Of a DNA stretch of 64,000 nucleotides, positions 63,232 to 64,000 are shown one piece after another. The notes below the pieces were generated by a model. The model saw only the letters and a program-made list of their open reading frames with translations. It was not told the origin of the DNA and made no database searches. The stretch covers positions 34,658,001 to 34,722,000 of the forward strand of contig OZ360255.1 in NCBI GenBank assembly GCA_977017645.1, read 5' to 3'. Both the position numbers and the translations under genes were made by a program. How positions within the stretch are numbered: the first letter of the stretch is position 1; each line of letters begins with the position of its first letter. The DNA is from Torpedo marmorata (taxonomy: Eukaryota).

Positions 63232-64000
63232 TTTCTGTGCGAGGCGACGTGTTCCTCTTTGGCAGATTTAATTCCTCCGAATGGAGTTTAAAAGCCATAT
63301 ATTCCCGAGATCATATGCCCTTTAGGATCTCCGCTGGGACATTTGGGTTTCAACTAAGTTCAAAATATGTTTGAAAAATGTGAACAAACAATGACGTCAG
63401 CTGGTCTAATCCCCCGCCGTGATAGGTTGTGAATTCTTCAGTAATTTAATTGAGAAGCGCTGCAACGCTAAAATGTGGCAAGTGCGTGGTGTTAACTGGA
63501 AGCGGTGTTGCTTCAGCAATGGGATATCATTTCATACAAGATCAGACACATCTGTCCAGCTCACATCTCTGGCTGACGTCTTTCAAAGTTGGAATTCAGC
63601 TCGGTCATTCCAAATTTAAAGAGGGTTCTCATAGACTACGTGTAAACTGGATATGTTGGGCGTTCCTTCCTTGCATTTAAAACATATTAATGAACAACAG
63701 CAATAAAGCTCATGCCATCAGACCTATGATTGTTTCAAATAATGACCCGTGTCCAAGTGTTGCTGGTGGTCAGACACAACACACTTCATCTGCATAGTCT
63801 ATTGTTGGAATGCACGCACAATTAAATTGATGCAGTTCCTCAAACAGATTCAGATGCTCACTCCAATGTACAGCACATGAAAATATCTGTCGGGTTCGCT
63901 CATTAATCGATGTTACTCTCTGAGACAAATGATGGCATTTGTACGCGGAAAAGATGCAATATATGTTTCCGCAAAATAAAAAGGAAATCTCGTGGTAATT

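Larger units (their letters stand above)
52560..64000 (+). repeat. Segmental duplication unit, copy 2
   Basis: Colinear with 1-11590. Lacks 3190-4355 (junction ~55757) and gains an 870-bp intronic insert. Confidence 0.95.

Overview
Repeat-rich vertebrate genomic DNA, probably from a cartilaginous fish (an inference from the mix of CR1, Rex1/Babar, L1, Penelope and V-SINE repeats and from the receptor family). The only host genes are three two-exon class A GPCRs resembling GPR139/GPR142. Each has a 67-nt exon 1 that the ORF track misses and a phase-1 intron just before the TM1 Asn. Copy A (minus, 10829-10763 / 7660-6753) has an in-frame TAA before TM7. Copy B (plus, 29916-29982 / 32802-33772) is intact at 345 aa. 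Copy C (minus, 63231-63165 / 59063-58156) is intact at 324 aa. A and C lie in a direct segmental duplication (1-~11590 vs ~52560-64000), and part of that unit recurs inverted at 16807-24043. The rest is nested retroelements. These include a class I (epsilon-like) provirus split by a full-length Rex1/Babar LINE, with a probable degenerate 2H-phosphoesterase domain between protease and RT. That provirus is fused to an ERV-L/S-like class III protease-RT fragment. Also present are an LTR with a tRNA-Ser PBS, young L1 copies with 13-bp TSDs (one 5'-inverted), and Penelope elements with hammerhead-like motifs. All comparisons were read by eye, and repeat boundaries are approximate unless a TSD is quoted.
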